Below are positions 13,697 through 26,042 of a stretch of 64,000 nucleotides of DNA, in pieces. The notes under the pieces are model-generated. The model was given only the letters and a program-made list of their open reading frames with translations. It ran no database searches and was not told the origin of the DNA. This DNA is from Octopus vulgaris (Eukaryota): the NCBI GenBank assembly GCA_951406725.2, contig OX597817.1:128526001-128590000 (forward strand). Direction: 5' to 3'. The translations under genes and the position numbers were made by a program. Positions within the stretch are counted from its first letter, which is position 1. Each line of letters begins with the position of its first letter.

Positions 13697-13988
13697 GTAA
13701 TGAAAGACCATGGGATTGCACCTAGAACGTTCTATTCTGAGGCCCAAGTTCGGGCAAGGTTGATTTATGGAAGACCAACAGTTGCCCATGCATACCAACC
13801 TCCCCGCTCCACGTCACCGATGTTATCCAAGGCAAAGGCAAAGGCCGATACAGCTTGGTAACGGTGACGTTGAAAATCAGTTCTACAACCGAGTGAACTG
13901 GAGCAATGGGAAATAAAGTGTCTTGCACAAATACACAATACACAGGCCGGTTCGGGAATCGAACTCACTACCTCAAGATTGCGCCTTC
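13697..13988 (-). mobile_element. Family-C SINE
   Basis: Homologous to 7284-7626. Confidence 0.8.
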
Positions 13989-14206
13989 GTACATAACAGA
14001 TTTTATTTAACAGGTAATTAACAAATGATATCTGTTATGTGCAAATTCTACTTCTTATTTAATGCACAAGAAAGCACAGTATTATGCATAATCTACAGCG
14101 TTACTTCCCAAACCTGTAACAAAATTCAATACATATATCCCATCTTCCCAATCAATAGCAATTCACCGAACACATATTCTACTCAATCAATTACCAATTC
14201 TGTAAC

Positions 14207-14535
14207 AACCCCAGTACGCAATTGGTACTTAACTTATCGACCCCGAAAGGATGAAAGGCAAAGTCGACCTCGGTGGAATTTGTACTCAGAACGTAACGGC
14301 AGACGAAATACCTATTTCTTTACTACCCACAAGGGGCTGAACATAGAGAGGACAAACAAAGACGGACAAACGGATTAAGTCGATTATATCGACCCCAGTG
14401 CGTAACTGGTACTTAATTTATCGACCTCGAAAGGATGAAAGGCAAAGTCGACCTTGGCGGAATGTGAACTCAGAACGTAAAGGCAGACGAAATACAGCTA
14501 CGCATTTCACCCGGTATCTGCCAGCTCGCCGCCTT
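14207..14535 (-). mobile_element. Dimeric family-A SINE, second unit truncated
   Basis: Head, core, tail 1, junction AAGAAATAGGTATTTCGTC, second core. Confidence 0.88.
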
Positions 14536-14727
14536 ACAAACAGTAAACGTTACTAAGAAACTTAGAGCCTTAAGAGTATATACATTTATATGTATGTATG
14601 TGGAAGAATATATACATATACACACAGAAAGAAAGAATATATAAATACATTATATTTTTCTTTGTTAAAAAAAATAATACACGTTTTCATAAATTAGTAG
14701 CAGACCAAAGAAATATCTTGAAGAATA

Positions 14728-14902
14728 CTGGTTTAAAATTTTGGTATAAGGCCAACAATTTTGGGTGAAGGGTTAAGTTGATTACATCGACCCAAGTGCT
14801 CAACTGGTACTTGCATTATCAACCCCGGACCTCGGCGGAATTTGAATTCAGGACGTAAAGAGGGATGAAATGCTACTAAGCATTCTACCAGCTCGCCGCC
14901 CT
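14728..14902 (-). mobile_element. Family-A SINE, internally deleted
   Basis: Partial core; flanks TATCTTGAAGAATA / TATCTTAAAGAATA. Confidence 0.75.
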
Positions 14903-15513
14903 AGTATCTTAAAGAATATTATGAAGAATATAATTTTATATCAGTCAACAAGAGTCTGCAGAGTCCAGCTGTTTTTTTCTTTCGTTTTTCTTTTTTTTTT
15001 TTTTGTACAAATTTTCAATTATTGGCGAGAGCAAAGAAAGTTCCTCGTCAATATTCGTCAAAGTATGAAGCCGATATGTTACTTTGATTTTACTTTTCTT
15101 TTCTTTTTCTTTTTTTTTTTTTTGTCTTTTTAGTCATTGTTGAGAATCTCTCTTTACAAAAGTAATTATTTCGAAATCGGACCAGAATTTTCAAAGCTTC
15201 AACAACCTTCTCATTTTTTTTTTATTATCTTACTCACCTCATTTAACATAAACCATATTCAGTAAAGCGTATGCTGATAATTTTTATTTTCTTACAAATC
15301 TATCGTTTAACATAGTGGAATTTTTGTCTCATCAGGAATATGCAACATGTTACTGGTTACATCAAAAGGATTTAACATGTCATAGCTCCACATTTTTGTA
15401 GTGGTTTATATTGATTTCATATATATATATATATCCCTTCCGGTCATTCAAAATGTGACCGCGTGTATACCGTTGGCGATTATTTTTCCTTCTTTGGATC
15501 TTTCCTTTCCTAT

Positions 15514-15548
15514 GTTTCTGACGAAGAGCTCCGCTCGAAACGTTAAAC
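15514..15548 (+). ncRNA. Minimal type-I hammerhead candidate with palindromic stem III
   Basis: GUUU-CUGACGA-A-GAGC[UCC]GCUC-GAAAC-GUU-AAAC. Confidence 0.7.
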
Positions 15549-15839
15549 CCTCCTTCTTTCCTTCTTTCCTTATCGTCCAATAATACTATACTTGTTCCCC
15601 GTCCTCGCGTTGTTGTGTTTTCTCTTTGTGTGTTCATGTTTGGATTAACTTTATATATATATATATATATATATATACGTTTAAATATTTGTTGTGCAAG
15701 ATTTTTTATGTGACGTCGTGTGTTGAAACAGATATTGTTGTATTTAGGAATGCTCATTTTGCCAGTTTAGCCAATAAAAACAATACAAAATGGCTGACGG
15801 TTAGTAAGGAGAGACACAAATAAGTAAGAAGAAAACAAA

Positions 15840-15884
15840 GGACCACTGATGCGGTCACAGGAGTGTGACGAAAGAACTCTGGCC
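15840..15884 (+). ncRNA. Hammerhead candidate, same family as 40914-40958, one core mutation (CUGAUGC)
   Basis: GGACCA-CUGAUGC-G-GUCAC[AGGAGU]GUGAC-GAAA-GAAC-UC-UGGCC. Confidence 0.65.
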
Positions 15885-16315
15885 GAAATAAGATTAAGAT
15901 TAAGATTAAGATTAATGCAAAAAATAAATAACACTGAAGCAAAGTAACACCAAATATATAGTGCGTGTGTTTTTATTGGCTAAACCGGCAAAATGACCAT
16001 TCCTAAAAACAACAATATATTTATATATATATATATATTAGAACGTTTGGAGATTTAAGTACAGGTATTTTATATTAGAAGAAATTCGGTACTAAGAAAT
16101 TCGGATGGTTTTATATTTTCAGATATTTATTTGTATATTACATGTTTTTATACTTCATATAACTTATATCATATATCATATATTAGCGCTTTCATCCATT
16201 CTGGTGGATTTTTCAAATTGCGTCCATTCTGGTGGATATATATATATATGTATGTGTGTGTGTGTGTGTACATATATGTATATAGATGTGCATGTGTGCG
16301 TTCCTGTGGAGGAAA

Positions 16316-16660
16316 GGCGCAATGGCCCAGTGGTTAGGGCAACGGATTCACGGTCGTAGGATCGCGTTTCGATTCCCAGACCGGGCGTTGTGAGTGTTTA
16401 TTGAACGAAAACACCTAAAGCTCCACTAGGCTCCGGCAAGGGGTGGTGGCGAACCCTGCTGTACACTTTCATCGCAACTTTCAGTTTCTGTTGTACCTGT
16501 ATTTCAAAGGGCCAGCCTTGTCACACTCTGTGTCACGCTGAATCTCCCCGAGAACTACGTTAATTGGAGTGCTCAACCACTTGCACGTTAATTTTACGAG
16601 CAGGTTGTTCCGATGATCAGATCAACTGGAATCCTCGTCGTCGTAACCGACGGAGTGCCA
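16316..16660 (+). mobile_element. Family-D tRNA-derived SINE (candidate octopus OR-type); older 3' fragment near 9990-10130
   Basis: GGCGCAATGGCCCAGTGGTTAGGGCA...TTCGATTCCC tRNA-like head with ~270 bp body ending CGTCGTAACCGACGGAGTGCC. The family name is from memory, not verified. Confidence 0.8.
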
Positions 16661-16750
16661 CGAGTATATACATATATGCATATATATACATATATAGATA
16701 CATTATATATGTATGTATACGTGCAAATTTGTGTTTTGTTTTAGGTATTA

Positions 16751-17598
16751 CGTGGTCTGATGAATAAATATCCAGACTGTTGGTATAGTAACGAAGCTAA
16801 GGCACGGAGAGTGAAACCACTTGGCACAGATTGACCTTGAACACTGTTGTGCATGTGCATTAAATTTTAACGTTCTAGCTGTTTACAGCAGTGCTTGGAA
16901 GGAAGGTGTGTAGCATGTGATCATCACATTGACCATGGCAGAAAAAGTTGAGCAGAGAATATGTATCAAGTTTTGCCAAAAGCTTGGTGATACCTGCTCA
17001 GATGCATATGCAAAGTTTTCGAAAAGCTTTCGTCATTCTTGACACAATCAAGAAAATCTTGTGCAACTGAAACCCAAGTGTATTTTTGGTCTGCTGAAAA
17101 CAGTTTGGGCACAAACTTGGTAGATATGGTAATGAACTGTAGCAAATCTGCTCATCCTCTGATAACTCACGGTTAGTGATTCGATGATCTTCCCTCACAG
17201 CTGCACGCACATCTACGATGCTTTTCTCAGTACTGCTGGTTGCGGATCTCCGAGAACATTCGTTAGCATCGACATTTTGGCGGCCACATTGAAAACGTCT
17301 GAACCACTCGCACACGTGTGTGCGGCTCATACATTCCTCTCCATACGCTTTCTGCAACATTGCGAAGGCCTCTGAGCAGGTATCACCATGACAGCTTTCT
17401 CTGCCATAGTCAATGCGATGATCACGCTACACACCTTCCTTCCAAGCACTACTGTAAACAGCGGAAGTGAGCTAGAACGTAAAAACATAGTGCGCATGCA
17501 CAGCAAAGTTCAAGGTCAGTTTCTATTAAGCGGCTTCACTCTGAAAGCTTTAGCTTCGTTACATAGCAACAATCCGGATACCTATTGACCAGACGTCG
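16751..17598. mobile_element. Non-autonomous mariner derivative built from two 5' ends in inverted orientation
   Basis: TA|CGTGGTCTGATGAATAAATATCCAGACTG at left and a diverged inverse copy at right. Plus strand MAEKVEQRICIKFCQKLGDT; minus strand MLQKAYGEECMSRTHVCEWFRRFQCGR...VREDHRIT (mariner N-terminal HTH region). Confidence 0.85.
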
Positions 17599-18812
17599 CA
17601 TTTTCATGCATATATACTTAAATTATAAAATTCTGAAAAGTTTTACAAATCTTTACAGTTCCAGCTTTCTCCCTTCTGGTTTTGAGAAACATGATTTCTC
17701 AAGATTGGTATTTAGGCAGTGTGTGACATATAACAGTACTCCCAATAATTACAGGTATAAACTTGAATTTGTAATCTGTGTAGAGTAACTACAGATTTCT
17801 CAATAGTTCAGCGTAGGTATTCTCTTTTTCGCTGAACTTCGGCTTTATGTTAACATCTGCTGAATAGCTAATTTTCACAACTGTACACTGTTTCTCTTCT
17901 CTATACCAAATAATTATATCGCGTCTACTGTGCTTACATTTTATTGAGGTTTCCCTAGGATATTCTACCAGTACTCCTGTTTATTATGAGTGGCTTTGGC
18001 TTCCACCATACTATGGGTTCTAATTTCTTTGTCCTCGGGGTTATCCTTCCAACAAATCTCATTATACAGTGTCCTAGCTACAACATCATGTCTCATCGGT
18101 AGATAATACTGTGATGAATCTCGGACAATTGCTTATGATGTGGGTGATATCTCGTATGTATGTATGTATGTATGTATGTATGTATGTATGTATGTATGTA
18201 TGTATGTATGTATGTATGTATGTATGTATGTATGCATGTATGCATGTATGTATGTATGCATGCATGTATGTATGTATGTATGTATGTATGTATGTATGTA
18301 TGTATGTATGTATGTGTGTGTGTATTTTTGTATGTGTGTATGTATGCTTGTCTGTTTGTTCTGTGTGAGGAGGATGTTTTCTATTTGAATACTCTGCCAG
18401 AGAAACAAACCTGCGAGAGGACAAATGAATTGAAGAGGATCACCGGTTCGTGATAGTAGGAATAATGACAATGTGTCCAAAAGTGACAGAGATCGCTTTT
18501 GGGATCTAGGCCTACCACAAATGTTGGAAGGTCTCTTTAGATTTGGCCAACAGCCTCCTGAATATGGATATAAACATCAATGGTTTTGACACCTTGACAC
18601 ACAGTTCTTTTATGGGTGAAATGTCAAATAAACAGTATATCACTATTGCACATATGAGACCGGACCCCCAAATAAAGGTCCCTCGCACGGCAAGTATCCT
18701 ACAATAGAGTAAGATATGTCTGGTAGTTATTCAACTACTGCTGCAAACTCGTGGTGATAATGATCCCAAAACGAAAATAGAACTGCGATTGAATATCATT
18801 ACAGACGCGAAA

Positions 18813-19209
18813 AGTGGCGAGCTGGCAGAAACATTAGCATGCCGGGCGAGATGCTTAACGGTATTTCGTCTGTCTTTACGTTGTGAGTTCAAATTCCGCC
18901 GAGGTCGACTTTACCTGTCATCCTTTCGGGGTCGATTAAATAAGTATCAGTTACGCACTGGAGTCGATGTAATCGACTTAATCCCTTTGTCTGTCCTTGT
19001 CTGTTCCCTCTGTGTTTAGCCCCTTTGGGTAGTAAAGAAATAGGTATTTCGTCTGTTTTTACGTTCTGAGTTTAAATTCTGATGAGGTCGATTTTGCCTT
19101 TCATCCTTTCGGAGTCGATAAATTAAATACCTGTTGCGTACTGGGGTTGATGTAATCGACTGGCCCCTCCCACCAAATTTCGGGCCTTGGGTCTAGAATA
19201 GAAAAGATT
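18813..19209 (+). mobile_element. Dimeric family-A SINE with TSD
   Basis: GGCGAGCTGGCAGAA head, GTTCAAATTC B-box-like motif, two cores; TSD ATTACAGACGCGA / ATTACAGATGCGA. Confidence 0.9.
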
Positions 19210-21206
19210 ATTACAGATGCGAGCCTGTCAAAATGGGATACAGAAAAAGGATGTACAAAATATGGATTGAGAAAAACATTTCCCTGTCACAGAACAAAAC
19301 TTCTAAACCCGAACCATTTAATCGCGAAAAGACAATGACTATTCCAGTTGAACTGGCAGAAACCTCCCGAAACAATGAACGATGAAGAACATGGTTATGT
19401 AGAATTAGAAGGGGCGTAAGAAATCAAAGAAGAAATAATTGTGAGTCCAATAAATCAGCAGGAGAGAAATAATAGCCAAAATGTTATAGAAGAGGAAAGG
19501 ATCTCATTACTACAGCTAATCGGTGAAAGAAATAGACCACCATCTTTGAGAGGAATGGTAAGAGAGAAACTCCGTAAAATAGTACTGATACTAAAAGGCC
19601 AGATACGGGAAGCTGTGACTGGCAAACGACCACCACACGAGTTCACTGCTTCAGAAACAGCAGACGTTGTTTTCTTGCCGTATGCCTAAGCATCACTAGC
19701 AATAGCATTTCCATCTCTCCTACCCGTTAGAGTTGCAATAAGTTAAACCTGATCGGTGAAACCAATCTCTTTTACTAGAAACCAAACTGTAAATGTTCTA
19801 ATCTGGTAAAAAGTGAAGCCCGACAGTCAGACGATGTAGGCGTTCACCACAAATGCGTAGCATTCCCGATACAGCCAACTTTTGCATCCTTCCAAATGAG
19901 ATTAGTCACCCTGCTTGAAAATTTCTCCCAAATTCTACAAAAATTTTAAATCGTCTCAGCCAGTGTGCAATTTCTTCCCTGAGTGCTTGGTTAATGTATT
20001 CTATTTTGTTTTATTCGATTATTCGATTATTCTGATGGAAACGACTTTGAACTTGATCTCTGAGGCTATTGAGAGCAATATAGATAATATTCTCTTAAAT
20101 AGTTACCCTTAGACAGCTGCAGGACAAAATATGGGCAGAGAAGGTATTCTACAGAATTGAGGCTTTGGGGACGGAGTACAGAACGTAGAACTTAGTGCAG
20201 GGTTTAGAGATGGGCACAAGAAAAGGGAGGATACGACTGAGTCGGGAGTACATAGATAGTGTTGTCATGAGACCAGCTGACGTTGAAGAGCAATAGTCAC
20301 TATAATGTCTGTATATAAACAAAGAAAGGAAACGGATCATTAGTGATCCACAGAATTCATGCTTATAACTCGGGTGGCTTTATTTTCGCGTGAGATTGCT
20401 ATGCTTTAGAATAGCTGTGTTTGTAGCAACAGTACAACTTTAATCGAAGGAGCAAAACAATTTTTGTGAGGCTCACATGATTGTAATGGGTTTAGTGTTT
20501 TGGTGTTGTAGGGTGGTTAAAATATCTTCTGGCTCCAAAGACAACCAGTTAATATAATGCAGTCTTCGTTATGCTATGGATGTGCATTTACCATGAAAAA
20601 GATTCCGTGATGACGATAGCGAGCATGAGTTGACATATTGAGAATTTCATTTGCGCGATGTTTATTTTTAATGAAAAAGTACATTATTTTCTGATATTGT
20701 ACTGATTGTATCTTTGCACAGTTGAGTGGTACAAGTTTGGCATGAGCTTTCCATTCATGGATATTTTGTAGATCTCGTTTCGTTGAATTATTTCAGGTTT
20801 GGCGTGAGGTGTTGCATGCGGATGACGCTTGGGTGCGGTAAGTTATGGAAGAATGGAGTTTTATACGTAGGTGTGGGTATTGTTGGATGTGAGCCGGAAC
20901 AATTAGCGCATGGCATTCGTCGTTGCTTCAATGAATCTGCCGATCGACCGACTTAAAATATATTTAACTCTAACAAAGTCTTCTTTCTTTTGTTTCTGTC
21001 CCCGCATATAAAGTGTAGTTATCTGTTTATCTATTTCTTTTGTTTATTCAAACATTAATTTTAAAGATATTTCTTTTTAACCTTCCCATTATCGTCACCA
21101 ACACTGATTAGATCGAGCATAATGTAGTTTTGGTGTTGATGATGATGTAGTTTATAATTATCGTTGTTGTTGCTGATGATCATCTTGTTAGTACGATTAT
21201 TATCAT

Positions 21207-21261
<55 letters not shown>

Positions 21262-21269
21262 GTGATCTT

Positions 21270-21660
<391 letters not shown>

Positions 21661-21990
21661 GACGTCACACAGTATACAATATCATGAAGTTGTTGATTGA
21701 AGGTACTGTGTCTGCCGGGGCCTTGTACTATTTGTCAAGTCACATCAAGGACCTCAGACAGACAGTACTTTACGCAATATTGCGTGCAGTTCCAAGTAAT
21801 GCTGACTTTTGCAATGCACCCAGATTTTAGGGTATTTCTAAAGTTTTCAGATGTTTTGTTTTTTTTCAGATTGCGTCGTATTGAACCCAATGCTCCGATG
21901 ACAATAGGGATAACCTTTATGCTTGACTCTCGCAGCTGACACATCTTAGTGATCTCAGTTCCATATTTATCAGCCTTTTCTCTTTCTATT
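21661..21990 (-). mobile_element. 5'-truncated R4/Dong-type LINE 3' end running into (TAA)n
   Basis: IKVIPIVIGALGSI and LQKSALLGT-like motifs, a short 3' UTR, then a long (TAA)n array. Confidence 0.8.
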
Positions 21991-23144
21991 ATATTTATAG
22001 AAAGGAGTGGTGAAATGGAATAACTTTAAAACAGAAAGATATATAAACATGTATAGTTACACTCACACACACACATACACTTACTCTCTCTCTCACACTC
22101 ACACACACACACTCATGTATGGATGCATGTATGTATGTATGTATCAGCTAATAAATACAAGAACTATATGCTCGAATATTGCAATGATCGATGAGCGTAC
22201 TCAGCAAGATAAGACAATCGTTCAGACTCAAATGATATCGATACTTCGTGCAGAAATTGTGAATAAGCAAGAAAAAATTAAAGGAAATGGTGAGAACAGA
22301 CTTAAGGCATTTAGGTTACGCCCTTTTAAATGAAGAAGTTTGACGTAATTTAGCCATTTCGTATTCAACAACCCTCGCAAGGCATAATGTTTTAGATGGA
22401 AACACTTAAAATTAATACTGTTCTTCAGTAAAAGAAACATAACCAATAATCCATGGACAGAATAATTTCCCTTTCCTTTAAAATATTATAGGTTTCTCCT
22501 TGTAACTCTTCCTCACTTTCTGTTGCTGGCATTTCTCCATGTAAATAGAAAATAGTCTTTTACGATAACATGGTGGACAGGTCAGTTTGAGCTTCCCTAC
22601 TACTATAATGTAAACTTTTTTGAACTCATAATATTCTGTGCGTGTATACCAATATTCCACTGAACTTTTTAATAATTCCTTCTGGAAACTATCTTTAACA
22701 TTTTCTTGAGAATGTATATATATATATATATGTTGTAATCTTTTGTGCCCAATATTTTAATGAACTTGTTAAACTTTTTTATGTCCTTAACATGTTCTTG
22801 CTACCAAAGACTGTATATATGTATAATTAACACAGCCAAACTTTTACATGTTACGTTTGACAATCTTTTTCTAAAGAGTGAAACCGGTAAAGTAAATAAA
22901 CATCTTTTAAAAAATGCATTTTCAACCCTTCTTTCGTATATATATATATGTATTAAATAATAAGGGTAGAAATTGATATTAATCAATTGAAACCAGTTGC
23001 TTAGCATATTTAAAAAATCCGAAGATTAAAATATGGACACCCTATATGCTAAACATAGACGTCTATGTTTAGCATACAGGGTGTCGACTTTAGTGGTCAT
23101 TCCTCTAAATTTTATACACATATATATACACACACACACGAAGA

Positions 23145-23380
23145 CACATGTCTCGGTGGTTAGAGCGTCGTGATATTGTGAGTTCGATTCCTGGACCAGG
23201 CTGTGTGTTGTGTTCTTGAGCAAGACACTTTGTTTCTCCAGTTCACTCAGCTGTAGAAATGAGTTGCGACGTTACTGGTGCCGAGCTGTATCGGCCTTTA
23301 CCTTTACTTTGATAACATCGGTGGCACGGAGAGGGGAAGCTGGTATGCATGGGTGACTGCTGGTTCTTCGCGAACCACAA
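23145..23380 (+). mobile_element. Family-C SINE
   Basis: GGTGGTTAGAGCGTCG...GAGTTCGATTCCTGGACC...TTGAGCAAGACACTT...CACTCAGCTGTAGAAATGAG. Confidence 0.82.
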
Positions 23381-23391
23381 GGCTATGCGTT

Positions 23392-23547
<156 letters not shown>

Positions 23548-24186
23548 TATTACTTCTAAATCTTTGTACTTGAGACATTCAGTAACTGTAATCTGGAGTA
23601 AAGATTATTTGCTAACATAATGTGGCAGAAATGGTTAGGATGATTGTTACTCTTATTTAATCCTAGTAAACCTCGTTTCTAGCTGGCTATACGATACACT
23701 ATCTGCATCCTTATATTTTCGAACAAGGAGTTTAGCGTCCCCACTCAGTTCAAAGCAATACCTGTGTACAATGGTTTCTGGGTTATATCAATATATTTGT
23801 GAGTATGTATGTGTGTGTATTGTGTGTGTGGGTATGTTGTGTGTGTGTGTGTGTGTGTTTCGGTGTGTTTGGAGTATCACTACTGATGAGCTTTAATTCT
23901 AAGCGAAACTCGCTTGCTAGTATAGTACCTTGCTCGCTGTGGGGTGGTTATGTCCCCGGTCAGTACATGAACTGTGCTTTTTGTGGCTATAAGGGTTTTT
24001 GACTATTGTTTCTAGTAAAATAGGTATTTCTCTGCACCCTGAGTCACTATTAGTGTCAATTGAATTTTCCTTTTTGCGACTTGCCACGTTCGTTATATAT
24101 GTGCATGTGTGTGTGTGTATAGATAGATAGACAGACAGGCAGAGGGATAGATTGACAGATATATAGATAGATAGGTAGATACATAA

Positions 24187-24271
<85 letters not shown>

Positions 24272-24515
24272 TATGCATATACGTATGTATACATACACAC
24301 ACACGCACATACACATACACACACATATACATATACGTATGACAGTGTGTATGTGTGTGTGACCGCGTGTGTGTATTTACAGGTTACAGGTGAAAGTAAT
24401 AAATAAATGAAAGCCTAATTGAATGAAAAAGATTTTATGAAAAGAATAGATTATCATAAATATGTATGTACATACATGTACATATCCAAGCATACATACA
24501 TACGTGTTATTGTTG

Positions 24516-24554
<39 letters not shown>

Positions 24555-24949
24555 CGTGTGTGTGTGTGTGTGTGTGTTTGTGTGTGTGTGTATTTGTGTA
24601 CACGTGTCCGCGCGCGTGTGTGTGTTTATGTTTACTATAGTTAACAGTTGAATGCTCTTCATTAGAATAAGAACAGTTAAGATGTGAAATATAATTAATA
24701 CAGAATGAAAGTGTTTCTAATTACATATAAGACCTAAATATTAGTCTTTATTGCTTTTCATTGTAAGAACTTCTTTCTGTTGCGCTTTTTTCTCTTCCTT
24801 TGCCTTTTCCATACGAAATACATACACACTTATATGTACATAACGTATATGCATACATGTACCTCTATATCTATGTATGTATGTAAGTGTGTGTGTATAT
24901 ATATATATGCGTGTGTGCATGTGTGTATACACGCATACACATAAATATA

Positions 24950-24995
<46 letters not shown>

Positions 24996-24997
24996 TA

Positions 24998-25160
24998 CGA
25001 CGGGTTTCTTTGTTTCCGTTTACCAAATGTACTCACAAGGCTTGGGTCGGCCCGAGGCTACAGTAGAAGACACTTGCCCAAGGTGTCACGCAATAGGACT
25101 GAACCCGGAGCCACGTGGTTGGAAGCAACCTTCTTCTTTCAGCACAGCCACACCTGCGCA
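24998..25160 (-). mobile_element. Family-B SINE 5' half; further fragments near 11400-11580, 46003-46130, 47360-47522 and 48375-48470
   Basis: AGAAGACACTTGCCCAAGG...CACAGCCACACCTGC. Confidence 0.8.
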
Positions 25161-25829
25161 TATATATATATATATATATATATATTATGCACTAGAATTT
25201 AGTACGGTATTATCCATACAATTTCATAATAAGGGGATTAAAACCAAAATGAATAACAAGGATATCCAGAGTTATATATATATATATTTAATGACGGTAT
25301 GGTGAGACCACGAACAAACTTCTGATGAAAAGCATTCATGGCGTGACCATCTCAACCCTTTTTGATAAATATGTATAAATACATTCTACAATGCTGTAGT
25401 GTGTGTGAGTTTGTGTGTGAGTGCGCATGTGTGTATTTTGTGGTATGAAAACAACAGGGTGTGTTGCTCTCATATTATTTTTCAGGGCCTCATAAAGCAG
25501 AGGTGTGAAGAGAGAAAAACTGTCCCCGAACTGGAAGTCTTCCTACTTACAATAGAGTAGACTCCATTGAAGATACCAGAAAAGGGGACAGATTAAATCC
25601 ATTACGAACCAAACAGAAACGGTCTATTCGACGAGATTCCACAAAGTTGTTGTCCATTGTTTATGTACAAGGCATTTGTTGATCCGGGGCTATGACTAAG
25701 CTTTTGTCTAAAGTTACACAATGATTTTGGGGAAACTTTGCAGCTGTTTCTCGCAGGGCGAGCAGACATAAAGGTATTTTCATTCTTTGGAAATATAGGT
25801 ATGGGTCGAGATTAATAGGTTAATATTAG

Positions 25830-26042
25830 TTTCAAATTTTGGCACAAGGCCATCAATTTTGAGGGAGGGGATAAGTCGATTACATCGACCCCAGTGTTCA
25901 AATGATACTTATTTTATCGACCCGAGAAGGATGAAAGGCAAATTCGACCCCGGTGGCATTTGAACTCATATCGTAAAGACGGACGAAATACTGCTAAGCA
26001 AGTTGCCATGCATGCTAACGATTCTGCCAGCTCTCCGCCTTA
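25830..26042 (-). mobile_element. Family-A SINE variant
   Basis: Head CTGCCAGCTCTCCGCC on the plus strand, core and tail present. Confidence 0.85.

Noticed and set aside
16316-16390. tRNA-like sequence
   Set aside because: No proper acceptor stem and it continues into a SINE body; it is a SINE head.
25320-25350. CTGATGA motifs here and near 16758 and 26508
   Set aside because: No stem II plus GAAA partner; the 16758 copy is part of the mariner TIR.
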